Source of the DNA: a virus
Taxonomy: Duplodnaviria > Caudoviricetes
Strand: one strand, 5' to 3'
Virus record (IMG/VR): IMGVR_UViG_3300030103_003430
Location: 1 to 27,005 of that record
Length of the DNA stretch: 27,005 nucleotides
The notes below the pieces were generated by a model. The model ran no database searches. It saw nothing but the letters and a program-made list of their open reading frames with translations, and was not told where the DNA came from. Shown here one piece after another: positions 9,563 through 19,589 of the stretch (positions are counted from its first letter, which is position 1; each line of letters starts with the position of its first letter). Made by a program: the position numbers and the translations under genes.

Positions 9563-10632
9563 TAATCCATGTTATTTTTTTTCCACTTCTTATGATTTTT
9601 AACTATCATATTTATTACTTGTTTTGTAGACATACCTGGTTTGTATTGATCTTTAATATGGTCATAAACACCAGCACCTGGTTCTGCTTTTACACCTGTA
9701 TCTTTACCATTTTTATCCATAACAGTTCCATCAGCTGCTACAGGTAATGGATTCTTTTTATGGCTTGCTTCACCAGGAGTAACATTTTTAGGATTGTTAG
9801 CTTCTTCTTTAAATATTTTTGCAGCTTTTTCATTATTGCCTTTTTTTATTTCTTCACGCATTTCTTCTTCTCTATTGTTTACAAGCTCACCACCTGTAAA
9901 TTCAGCAACAACATCAGCCTTACCGCCTTTTTCTGCTTTCATTTTTGCATCTTTATAAACATTTTGTTTTCTTGTTTTATCATTTGCAACAAAACTTGAA
10001 GGCTCTTGATTATCTTTCATGTTTGGATATAATTTATCCAACATATTTTCTGTAAATCTTTTTATTTGATTTGTGTTTGCAAAATCATTTTTATCAACTG
10101 GACCTGCAAACATTACATTTTTAAAAAATTCATTTTGTTGTCCTATGCCTGGTCTAATATAATTTTTCATAGCTTCTTTATAATCATTTTTTACAACTGC
10201 ATCAAAAAATGACTTGTTGTTTGAATGACCAGTTCTTACATAATCTTGTAACACAAATTGACTTTTTATTGGTAATTTAGAATACGCACCTTTACCATAA
10301 TCTGAATCTATTTTATTTTGTGTTAGTTTTTCAAATTTAACAAAATCTTCTTTAATCATATTTTGTACAGTTTTTGCAGCCAAAGGTGGTTGTTCTCTTT
10401 TAATTTTTTTTGCTTTAGCTAAACTTTTAACTGTATCAACAACAGAAAAACCAATTTTTACTGAATATGTATTATTGTCATTTTTTTCAATAAAAGGTTC
10501 ATATGTTTTGTTTTCTGGTATAAAGCCAACTGCATTTGGATTATTCATGCCTATTATACTATTAATATAATTTGGCATCATACTTGCCTTTAATCCAAAC
10601 TTTACCATTTTTTCTGATCTATCTATACTCAT
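9562..10632 (-). CDS. Cargo protein with degenerate T4-lysozyme-like N-terminal domain and crAss cargo-type C-terminal domain (356 aa)
   Basis: N-terminal pattern NPNAVGF...VKIGF...MIKEDF...IDSDYGKGAYSKLP...QFVLQDY...FFDAVVKNDYKEAMKNYIR recalls phage GH24-like muramidases. C-terminal AEKGGK...AEFTGGELV...GEASH recalls the AEVEGGE/GPSH pattern of crAss cargo proteins. Confidence 0.55.
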   Translation of the reverse strand: MSIDRSEKMVKFGLKASMMPNYINSIIGMNNPNAVGFIPENKTYEPFIEKNDNNTYSVKIGFSVVDTVKSLAKAKKIKREQPPLAAKTVQNMIKEDFVKFEKLTQNKIDSDYGKGAYSKLPIKSQFVLQDYVRTGHSNNKSFFDAVVKNDYKEAMKNYIRPGIGQQNEFFKNVMFAGPVDKNDFANTNQIKRFTENMLDKLYPNMKDNQEPSSFVANDKTRKQNVYKDAKMKAEKGGKADVVAEFTGGELVNNREEEMREEIKKGNNEKAAKIFKEEANNPKNVTPGEASHKKNPLPVAADGTVMDKNGKDTGVKAEPGAGVYDHIKDQYKPGMSTKQVINMIVKNHKKWKKNNMD

Positions 10633-10633
10633 C

Positions 10634-12289
10634 TTAACCTATATTTGCTTGTTGATAAATATTTTCTTTTTTATCTGCTTTTCCAGTAATAAAACCTGCT
10701 GATCCTGATCCTCCTGATAATCCATAAGGATTTACAGCTAAATTTCCAGGACCATATGCACCAATTGTTTTTATTTGCGGTATAGCAGCTGGACCTGCTG
10801 GTTGCATTTGAATTTCTGGTATTGGTGGCATTTCTGGATCTGATCCACCAAATAAATCAACTACATCTTCTCCTAAACCTGTAACAAAATCAATACCAAA
10901 ATCCATAGCAGGAAATACAATATTTTCTCCTACCCCTTCCACAATACCTGTTACTGCATCTGCAGCAAGATCTAGTACATCTCCACCAAGATCTATACCT
11001 GTTTCAATACCTGGTATAATTATACCTTGAAAAATTGAGTCTATTCCTTGACCAACTTGATCAAATATTGGTCGTCCAATATTATCCATAATTGGATTAA
11101 TAGTAACGTCAGCTACATCTTGAGCAATATCAAATACTGGATCGGCAACTCCTTGTAAAATATCCGATCCTGCCCCTAAACCACCTTGTAGAATACCACC
11201 TGCGGCATCAACACCACCACTAATAATATCTGTTAATCCACCAGCAACACCACCTACTGCATCACCTACACCACCCACTACATCGTCAACAAAACTTGTT
11301 ACAGCATTAAAAAATCCTCCCAAAAAATATTCAGGAACTTTACCACCTTTTTCCATACTTCCGTATCTAAAATTACCAGTGCCATAAGGATTATTGTAAC
11401 CTGCTGTTCTTTGATAATATCTTTGTTCAGCTTCTTGTCTATCTCTAGCATCTCTAGCTTCTGTAACAGACTCTCTATAGGTATTAATTATTTTTTGATT
11501 TCTTTCTTCTAATTTTTGTTCGTACTCACGTTGTAATTTTCTAGCTTTATCTCTTTTTTTCTTACCTCCAAATAAAGAAATGCCTAATCCTATTAACCAT
11601 CCATAAGGTCCTAATGCAGCTAATGGACTTGCAGCTGGTATCATTCCTGCTATTGCAGATCCTGCACCTACACCTGAAATACCAGCTCCTAACATTTCAC
11701 CAGCTGTAAATGTAGTTGGATCATCATCATCAAATGCACTTCTAACTACTCTACCTGCTAAATATGTTGGCAAACCTGCAGTCACACTACCTCCCTTTAA
11801 ATTTTGAAAATAATTACTAGCAGCCTGTGTTGGTGTAGCAACATTTTGCACAGTTCCAACACCTGTAGTACCGTCAATAAAAGGTTGAGGACTTCCTTGT
11901 GGTGTAAAACTTCCAGCTGATACGTTTTGTGTAAATGGATTACCAACTACTGTACCTGGCCCACTTCCAAATCCTTTTCCAAATAAACTTTGTCCAACTG
12001 TTGAACCACCAAATTTAGATCCAAGTAATTGTGTACCCATTCCTACATTTTGCAATCCACCCATTAATGATTCACCTACTCCAGGAGATACTGCATAGTC
12101 CAATGGGTTCATTATTGCAGGATTCATCATTTCTGCTGTACTATAATCTATTTGAGGATTTGCAACCCCACCATAAGGAGTTGTAAAAGCTCTATTATTT
12201 ACTTGTTGTATTTTATCTGCTGTTAAACCAGTTGGATTTATTACCGATCCATACTGATTTAAAAATTGATTTATATCACGATATGCCAT
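10634..12289 (-). CDS. Gly-rich cargo/ejection protein with transmembrane-like segment, coiled coil and acidic amphipathic repeats (551 aa)
   Basis: Hydrophobic MLGAGISGVGAGSAIAG...YGWLIGLGISLFGG is followed by KKKRDKARK and a coiled coil. Contains MEKGG and YFLGG motifs. It is the first gene after the muzzle gene, the cargo-protein-1 position in crAss phages. Confidence 0.65.
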   Translation of the reverse strand: MAYRDINQFLNQYGSVINPTGLTADKIQQVNNRAFTTPYGGVANPQIDYSTAEMMNPAIMNPLDYAVSPGVGESLMGGLQNVGMGTQLLGSKFGGSTVGQSLFGKGFGSGPGTVVGNPFTQNVSAGSFTPQGSPQPFIDGTTGVGTVQNVATPTQAASNYFQNLKGGSVTAGLPTYLAGRVVRSAFDDDDPTTFTAGEMLGAGISGVGAGSAIAGMIPAASPLAALGPYGWLIGLGISLFGGKKKRDKARKLQREYEQKLEERNQKIINTYRESVTEARDARDRQEAEQRYYQRTAGYNNPYGTGNFRYGSMEKGGKVPEYFLGGFFNAVTSFVDDVVGGVGDAVGGVAGGLTDIISGGVDAAGGILQGGLGAGSDILQGVADPVFDIAQDVADVTINPIMDNIGRPIFDQVGQGIDSIFQGIIIPGIETGIDLGGDVLDLAADAVTGIVEGVGENIVFPAMDFGIDFVTGLGEDVVDLFGGSDPEMPPIPEIQMQPAGPAAIPQIKTIGAYGPGNLAVNPYGLSGGSGSAGFITGKADKKENIYQQANIG

Positions 12290-15200
12290 TAGTTATAAGA
12301 TTTTCTGTATTTTGCCAATATTGCAAATATATTAAATTTTTCTGTGGTTCTTGCTGATACCCTTACTCTTAAATACGTTCCTGTAATTCTTGGATTTGAT
12401 TCACCCTCCCCAACATTAGAATAACGAAGTGGTATTCTTAATACTCCTTCTCTGTATTTATGCAAAACATCTGTAAAATCTGTGTCTGTTGGATATGTTG
12501 GTTTGTCATTAGTTGCAATATCTATCAAACCTGATTGAACAAAATCAGTTACAAATTCTAAAGATTCAAAATATACACCTGAATCAGTTGATTGTACACC
12601 TCTTTGTGTTAAAAGTTTATTACCTTGACCGTATAAATTTCTAAACTCTCTATCTAATTTACCTACTGTGCTAACTACATTCAAGTTATCAAACTTTTTA
12701 TTTTCTTGTGGTAAATCGTTAATTACTTTTTCAACATAAGATTTGTGAATAACTTTTGCCTCACCAATGGGTGCATCACTTTTTAATAAAGTTCCTAAAT
12801 TTAAACTAGCATCATTTATAATTGTAACTATTTGTGTTGTTGTGTTATACTCACCTATTACAACACCTGAATCAGTTTTAAATTCTACATTAGTTCCATT
12901 AGCATCACCTAGATCTATTAGTTGTAAACCTCCATTATAATCTCCATTATCATCTAAAAAAGTACTAGAGTTAATAACTTTCATTACTAAAGGATAACCT
13001 ATTGTAGCATCAAAAGTATTATCTGTTGGATTTGATGAATCATCTGCAGCGTGCAAGAAAACATCATCAAAATAAACTGTTCTATCTACATCTTCATCAT
13101 TCCATTTCCATAACTGTACTGATCCTCTACTAAGCTCATGTGAATAAAATATATAATTAGCCATATTATATTTAAAATCAGGATTACTGCCATATGAACC
13201 ATATAATGTTGCGCCAAATACAGGCGATGATGTTGTAGAATGATGATAACCATGAGCAATATCACTATTGCTGTCGTATGAAAGCCAAGGTAATCTACTT
13301 TTTGGAGTATATAAAGATCCTTGATGTTGTATCCATTGTTGCGGATAACATGAATATTTACTTATAACTGCATCTAAATCTTCACTATAAGCTATTGTAG
13401 TATTATATATAGCTCTAGTTGAAAAAGCACCTTGACTTACTTTATTAGGATCTTCTGGGTCTATACTGTAAGCACCAGAACCATCAGCTGGAGTATTTAC
13501 ATTAACTATATATTTTCCTGTTGGATAGTTAGCTCTATCAAATGCATCTATAGATAATCTATCTAAAAAAGTCATATATAAAGTATTTTCAAAAAAATCA
13601 AAACCAGCGTGTATACCAATAAAATACAAAGGCATGTCTTGTAAACTTACTCTTGGATGTTTATGATATCTATCTTCTAGTTTTAATCTACCATATTTAC
13701 AAGCTCTTTCAAATATATCTTTTGTTCCTAGATCATCTGATATAGATACAAGTTTTTTATCTGTTCCATATTTTAAAAACTTTGCAAAATCTACATCAAA
13801 AAAGTATAAGTTTCTTTCACTAGCTACAACACTATGCATATGTTTTGTGCCATATTTTACAGATATATATTGATGTGATTCAATAGTATCGCCAGATCCT
13901 GTAAATAAAGATTGTACGCCACTAGCATCTGATATAAATGTTCTTGGATTTACAAGTAGTTGTCCAAAAGCTTTTTCTTGAAAAAAATGTATTTCATTAT
14001 TATAGTTAATAATTCTGTTTATTTGTCCATATATTGCTTCAACATCATAAAAATTAAATATTGGAAAAACTCTAAATGCATCAGTTTGATCGCCTGATAA
14101 TTTTGTTTTTGAATAAGCTATTTCATTAGGCAATTCCGTTACTGTAACATCTTCTTCGTCAATAGTTAAAAAACTTTTTAAATTGTTTTGTTGTGAATAT
14201 GTTGTATTATATAACCAATCATTACTAAATGGAGGTGTTTGTTGATCAAAACCTTCTATATGATCATTTGCTCCTAAATGATATCCACCTCTCATATCAG
14301 TATTAACAACTGACTCTACAGGAAATACTAACCATTTTGCAAAAGATTTTTCTGGAAATGGACATGTTGTAATTTGATGTGAATATAAATTTACAAATGT
14401 ATCTCCACCAAAAACTGTACTATGTTGATGTTTATTTTGAACATTTATCGGATGATAATTACCAGCTATAATCCACCTTGTTGAATTTATAGCTGCTTGA
14501 TTTCTTCCACCATATTGTCCATCATTTGCAATTACAATGTTTACATAATTATAGTAAGGAATATATGTGTCATCCATTCTATGATCTGTACTATTATTAG
14601 TAATTATTAGTGGATTATTTATTTTATTACGAGTAAAATCATTAGCATCACAAACATATCCAATATCTTTTACACCTGTCCAACTAGTTATGCTATAAAG
14701 AAGTATTGATCTTGTTCCCATTTGTACAGTACTAATAGATGAATAATCATCATTTTCATCTATATTTTTTCCAAATTTTGCATAAGATTTCCATTCATTA
14801 GGTTTATTCCAATAGTATTTGCCTAAAGCAAAATTAGAAAACCCTCTATTCCATGGAAATTCTTTGCTAGCATTTCCATCATTATCTGAAAAAAATCCTT
14901 TACCTACAAACTCTCCATCACCTATTTCTTTTGAATTTGTTATACTAGTAATCCATCTTAATGTGCTTTGAACACTACCACCTTGAATGTCTCGTGAACC
15001 ACCGCCAAAATCAGAAGTAAAAAGAGGATTATCAGTTGGTGTTGTTACTCCACCAGGATTATCATGCCTCATATCATCATTACTAACTGATCCATGATTT
15101 CTAACATATAAAGCTCCTGTACTATTTGATAAAGAAATATAATTGCTATAATTTGTTATATAGTGTGCATAATAAGTATCAAATACATAACATTTTCCTA

Positions 15201-18111
15201 CCATAACTCCTGCTGAATTAGCAGAATCTGTTTCTTTTCTTGTTGAAAAATGTAAATTACCATAGTTTTGGGCTGAAGCAATTGCTGCCGAACCTGCATT
15301 TGAATAAGCAGTTGTAGCATATCCCCAAGATAATCTTCCATCAGCATTTGTATTCATATCATGATGATCATATCTTCTTTGATCATATAATTTTAATACT
15401 GATTGAACTCTAATATAAGATTCTGATCTATGACTATATGGTCTTACACCAAATGCACTATCTGGTGAATATAAAACTCCAACTTTTCTTTGAAAGCCAC
15501 TAAATCTATGGTAGGGAGTACCAGAACCACCAGCTGGACCTGTTGCTCTTTCATAGTATTGTAAACTTCCAAATTCTCCTGAATGAGAATGAAAATTTCC
15601 ATTAGATGCTGCATCGCATTCATTTAGATATCTATTTAAATTAGAAGCTTGTCCTATAACCATATTGGATCCACATGATATTCCAACATATCCATTTAAA
15701 TTTGTATCATATACCTCACAAACCTTATCAGCTGTAATAATATCTGTATCTCCTTGTTCTACGGGATCTGCAAATATAGTTGCATCTGTTGAATCAATAT
15801 ATGCATTAGATTGATCAATTGAATCACCATAGTTTATTGTTTGATTTACTAATCCTGATTGTAAAATACTACGATCAGATTCTGTTCTTTCTGCTCTAAC
15901 AACTCTAAATCCTGATATTTTTTCTCTGACATGTGTAGGAATATTAAAAGTAAAATCAACTGCTAAATCAAATGTTACATGTAGTCCAGCAATTCCTTCT
16001 GGTGTAAAGGGATCTTGTTTATGATTAGAATAATCTGTAGAGTTATCATACATAACAGAAGATCCTGGTACAACAGCACTACCATTTGATGATAATCTAT
16101 AATCTTGTACTAAAGGATTTTGCCTATATACTGTATTGCCATTAGCAGCATCACGACCTAATTGAGTAGCATCTAAGTCTAATTCCCAGTTTATATCATG
16201 GTGGTCTGGCATTTGTATATCGCCCATCCAAAGAACATTACCAGGATCACCGTTAAGATCATAAACTAAAACTCCAAATCTATATGTTTCTCCTCTTTGA
16301 TATCCTCTTTTTGTTCCTGCTGCCATCGGATCTTTATTAGCACCCATAGACATAGTTGCTACATATTCTGTATTAGTATTATTTGTTTGACCATTAGATC
16401 CAACTAAATTATCTGTTTGTATAGATTCATTAACAGTTTGTGCTGCAAAAAAAACAGAACTACCATCATTGTTTCCACCCCTGTTGTCAATATTATCAGC
16501 TACTTTTGGTACTTGCCTAAAAGACATTTGAACACCTCCCAAAAAATTTGTAGCTGGGGCTCCATCTGATGCTGAATAATATCCGTAACTAGCACCACCT
16601 AATACTCTTCGATCTTTATCATCACTAACAGTGCTTCCAGTACCACCATCAAAATCACCATCTGACCATGTTACATCTTGTGCTTTTGTTGGTAAATACC
16701 TGTGTGCATAATGATTATTGTTTGAATTAACATTAACAGATGTATATGAGGTGTTTGCATTATTTCCACGAACAGATCCTCCTGTAACTACATCATCAAC
16801 ATTATAAACACTAACTGTACTAGCATCTATATAATAATCAAATACAGTATCATCATTACAGGTTAACATTCCCTGATTCGAATCAATATTATATCTAAGT
16901 ATTTTTACATTCCATTCTTTTTCAGATATATAATTTTTTTTACTACGAAGATTAGCTGCAAATAATACATTATCTTTTATTGCTATATCTTTACATATGT
17001 CCCATGTATTTGACGGTATTAGTATTTGCGCTACACCATCGTCTATAGATTCGTTAAAACTCGTATGTGAAAAAAACGCTTCATTACTATCATTGATATC
17101 AAAAACACCAATTTCTCCAACTAATGGAGGTGTATTTTCTGTTGGATAATATAAAGCAAAAACTTTTATTGAATCATATCTATCATCTAAATTTGAAACC
17201 TTACAGCTAAAACCATCTGTAGATATTTCACCAGCTGGACTGCCTGAATATGTTGTATATGATTGACTATTAGAATTAGATATATGATACATATTACTAA
17301 AAGGTGAGATTCCAGATTCCGCACCTGTATCAGTTTGATATTTATAACAATATTGATAAATACCTGCTCTTAGATTACCACCAATCATTTGTGTGACAAC
17401 AATTTGACTATGATTAGATTTTGGTATAATATCAAGCTCTTGTGGCTCCATTGTATGTATATCTGGATCTTTTAAACTTAAAGTTCTGAGGGGATTAATA
17501 TTATCAGTCCAATATACTCTTGATATTGCTTCATTTTCTATAATGCCTTCTACCCTACATTTTATTAAGGGATCCATATTTAAATTTGGAAATTGATTGA
17601 CATTGCTTGGTGAATTAAATGCTACCCTCATATCAGTGCATTTTATAACTTCTCCTTTATCATTAAAATCTAAAAGAAAAAATGCTGTTCTAAAATCTTC
17701 TGTAGCCGTTGATCCAAATGTTTCTCCATAACCAATATAACCACAAACAATTAAAAATAATTGATTTTTAAATGAAAAATGTCCTACAATATTAGCTGCA
17801 CCACGCATAGGTACATTGTTTCCGCTTGAATCACCAACATCAAATGGTTTTCCTCCTATGTCTTGAAAGTATTTGTCTGGAACATTGCTAGTCCCACCGC
17901 CATAACTATCTAAAAAATCTTTAGCAATATTATCTAAATCAACTATTTGTTTGTTACCATTTATATTTTCTATTGTAAAAGTTGTGCCTTCATTATTGAC
18001 AAGCTTTACATTCATAGCGTCTCTATATGATCCTTCTAACTGATATCTAGGATCAACATCACTAATAAGTCCTTTTGAAAAACCTGTTGCTTTACTTTTT
18101 TGTCCTGCCAT
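12289..18111 (-). CDS. Muzzle / tail stabilisation protein (crAss Tstab, P22 gp10-like), 1940 aa
   Basis: Recognisable blocks: N-terminal FSKGLISDVDPRYQLEGSYRDAMNVKL, VYWTDNINPLR, GIYQYCYKY, GYQRGETYRFGV, FGGDTFVNLY, IAYSKTKLSGDQTDAFRVF...YGQINRI and C-terminal KYREG...RITGTYLRV. Follows the tail tubular gene. Confidence 0.85.
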   Translation of the reverse strand: MAGQKSKATGFSKGLISDVDPRYQLEGSYRDAMNVKLVNNEGTTFTIENINGNKQIVDLDNIAKDFLDSYGGGTSNVPDKYFQDIGGKPFDVGDSSGNNVPMRGAANIVGHFSFKNQLFLIVCGYIGYGETFGSTATEDFRTAFFLLDFNDKGEVIKCTDMRVAFNSPSNVNQFPNLNMDPLIKCRVEGIIENEAISRVYWTDNINPLRTLSLKDPDIHTMEPQELDIIPKSNHSQIVVTQMIGGNLRAGIYQYCYKYQTDTGAESGISPFSNMYHISNSNSQSYTTYSGSPAGEISTDGFSCKVSNLDDRYDSIKVFALYYPTENTPPLVGEIGVFDINDSNEAFFSHTSFNESIDDGVAQILIPSNTWDICKDIAIKDNVLFAANLRSKKNYISEKEWNVKILRYNIDSNQGMLTCNDDTVFDYYIDASTVSVYNVDDVVTGGSVRGNNANTSYTSVNVNSNNNHYAHRYLPTKAQDVTWSDGDFDGGTGSTVSDDKDRRVLGGASYGYYSASDGAPATNFLGGVQMSFRQVPKVADNIDNRGGNNDGSSVFFAAQTVNESIQTDNLVGSNGQTNNTNTEYVATMSMGANKDPMAAGTKRGYQRGETYRFGVLVYDLNGDPGNVLWMGDIQMPDHHDINWELDLDATQLGRDAANGNTVYRQNPLVQDYRLSSNGSAVVPGSSVMYDNSTDYSNHKQDPFTPEGIAGLHVTFDLAVDFTFNIPTHVREKISGFRVVRAERTESDRSILQSGLVNQTINYGDSIDQSNAYIDSTDATIFADPVEQGDTDIITADKVCEVYDTNLNGYVGISCGSNMVIGQASNLNRYLNECDAASNGNFHSHSGEFGSLQYYERATGPAGGSGTPYHRFSGFQRKVGVLYSPDSAFGVRPYSHRSESYIRVQSVLKLYDQRRYDHHDMNTNADGRLSWGYATTAYSNAGSAAIASAQNYGNLHFSTRKETDSANSAGVMVGKCYVFDTYYAHYITNYSNYISLSNSTGALYVRNHGSVSNDDMRHDNPGGVTTPTDNPLFTSDFGGGSRDIQGGSVQSTLRWITSITNSKEIGDGEFVGKGFFSDNDGNASKEFPWNRGFSNFALGKYYWNKPNEWKSYAKFGKNIDENDDYSSISTVQMGTRSILLYSITSWTGVKDIGYVCDANDFTRNKINNPLIITNNSTDHRMDDTYIPYYNYVNIVIANDGQYGGRNQAAINSTRWIIAGNYHPINVQNKHQHSTVFGGDTFVNLYSHQITTCPFPEKSFAKWLVFPVESVVNTDMRGGYHLGANDHIEGFDQQTPPFSNDWLYNTTYSQQNNLKSFLTIDEEDVTVTELPNEIAYSKTKLSGDQTDAFRVFPIFNFYDVEAIYGQINRIINYNNEIHFFQEKAFGQLLVNPRTFISDASGVQSLFTGSGDTIESHQYISVKYGTKHMHSVVASERNLYFFDVDFAKFLKYGTDKKLVSISDDLGTKDIFERACKYGRLKLEDRYHKHPRVSLQDMPLYFIGIHAGFDFFENTLYMTFLDRLSIDAFDRANYPTGKYIVNVNTPADGSGAYSIDPEDPNKVSQGAFSTRAIYNTTIAYSEDLDAVISKYSCYPQQWIQHQGSLYTPKSRLPWLSYDSNSDIAHGYHHSTTSSPVFGATLYGSYGSNPDFKYNMANYIFYSHELSRGSVQLWKWNDEDVDRTVYFDDVFLHAADDSSNPTDNTFDATIGYPLVMKVINSSTFLDDNGDYNGGLQLIDLGDANGTNVEFKTDSGVVIGEYNTTTQIVTIINDASLNLGTLLKSDAPIGEAKVIHKSYVEKVINDLPQENKKFDNLNVVSTVGKLDREFRNLYGQGNKLLTQRGVQSTDSGVYFESLEFVTDFVQSGLIDIATNDKPTYPTDTDFTDVLHKYREGVLRIPLRYSNVGEGESNPRITGTYLRVRVSARTTEKFNIFAILAKYRKSYN

Positions 18112-19115
18112 TAGTAACTATTTAAACCGTCATAAAGTGGTGGATTGTGTGATGTAACTGGTACACGAGCATTCCATAACTTTCCAATTTTTAAAAGCTC
18201 TGCTGAGTTAGGCATATTGTCATCACCTCTAACCTTAGCACACAATTGATACCATCTTCTTTCTAAATCTTTAACTATATATTGAGGAACTTCTCCAGCA
18301 TAATATCCAACAGATTTAAATTTCCACATTATATAAAAAGCAACTGCTTCTTCATGTCCTTGCAATATCATTGGATATCCTTCTGATCCTAAGGGAACAG
18401 CCAAATAACTTACTACAATATCTTCATTTGTATAATCAGCAGAAAAATTAACTCTATTACCATTAATATAATATCTATTTAATTGATCAGAAACTCTACT
18501 TTTAAATTTAGAACTTGTTGGTGTTAATATACTATCTCCAGCTCTAATACTTAAAAGTTTTACTATATTATCAGGTAATTTTATTTGTTTATTGTGTATT
18601 CTTTCTTTACCACCAGAAAAAAACTTTGTAATTTTTCCAACTCCACTTGTTTCTAATGTAATATTATTTCCTATATCTCCAGATCTTCCAGCTGATAATG
18701 TAATAAAACTATCACCAGTATTATGTTCAATTTTAATACCTTTAACACCATAATAATAAGAGTTATTTAATTTATCTACAAAATTTCCTAATGTTGTATC
18801 TAAGTTAACTCCAATACCAATTATAGTATCATCATTATCAATAACATTAGCTATTGTTCTAAAAGTAAATCTTACATCATTTATTTTAATAAAAGATTTT
18901 TCAGTAGGGTTTTCGTCAAATTCAATTTTTGCTGTTGCTTTTGCTGGTAAAGCATTGTGATATGTTATTTCTTTTTCAAGAAATGTTTTATTACTGCCTA
19001 TATATTGCTCAGCTTCAAAAGCCCATTCAGCCCAAGTTTCTATATTATTACTATAGTTAGCTAAACCTAAATTACGTGCTACATTATTAAATACTCTATT
19101 TACTGGTACATGCAT
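18111..19115 (-). CDS. Tail tubular / ring protein (crAss Ttub, P22 gp4-like) with an inserted ~110-aa domain (334 aa)
   Basis: N-terminal helices IETWAEWAFEAEQYIG, then IKLPDNIVKLL, YYING, VVSYLAVPLGSEGYPMI...EEAVAFYIMWK and RWYQLCAKVRG. Directly upstream of the muzzle gene. Confidence 0.8.
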   Translation of the reverse strand: MHVPVNRVFNNVARNLGLANYSNNIETWAEWAFEAEQYIGSNKTFLEKEITYHNALPAKATAKIEFDENPTEKSFIKINDVRFTFRTIANVIDNDDTIIGIGVNLDTTLGNFVDKLNNSYYYGVKGIKIEHNTGDSFITLSAGRSGDIGNNITLETSGVGKITKFFSGGKERIHNKQIKLPDNIVKLLSIRAGDSILTPTSSKFKSRVSDQLNRYYINGNRVNFSADYTNEDIVVSYLAVPLGSEGYPMILQGHEEAVAFYIMWKFKSVGYYAGEVPQYIVKDLERRWYQLCAKVRGDDNMPNSAELLKIGKLWNARVPVTSHNPPLYDGLNSY

Positions 19116-19126
19116 AATATGTTATT

Positions 19127-19588
19127 TTAAACAGAAGCTATAAATACTTCTAATTGATGTCCTGCTACTCCTTTTACTTTTAACGCTGTAGCATTATCTA
19201 GAGTTGTTCCTCCATTACCACCCTCTACTGTTGTTCCAGTATACATAATACTAGTAGCTGGAGCTAAAGATGTATATGCAGCATCAGAATCTTCATCATC
19301 TAAGCCTACCTGTAAAGCATCTGTACCATCTAAATTAGTTACTCGTATATATTTTACAGAAGCTCTTTTAAAAGTTCCTACCGATTCTCCTGATCCAAAA
19401 GTGGCAATTTCTGTTAAATTAGTATTCTCTAACTTCATTACTCTTTTTGAAACATTAGCAATAGAGGCAAATGTATGCGTCATTGTTTGTGCAAAATCTC
19501 TTATATCTGCTGTTACATCATGCCCAACACCTAAAGCTTCCGTAATTGTTACTGTAAGCGAGGCTGCGTTAATATCAGTATCTGCCAT
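19127..19588 (-). CDS. Small beta-rich putative virion structural protein (153 aa)
   Basis: Thr/Ala/Val-rich with LTVTITE, SKRV and VKYIRVTNLD patterns that I recall from a family of uncultured aquatic phage proteins. Located in the tail module. Confidence 0.55.
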   Translation of the reverse strand: MADTDINAASLTVTITEALGVGHDVTADIRDFAQTMTHTFASIANVSKRVMKLENTNLTEIATFGSGESVGTFKRASVKYIRVTNLDGTDALQVGLDDEDSDAAYTSLAPATSIMYTGTTVEGGNGGTTLDNATALKVKGVAGHQLEVFIASV

Positions 19589-19589
19589 T

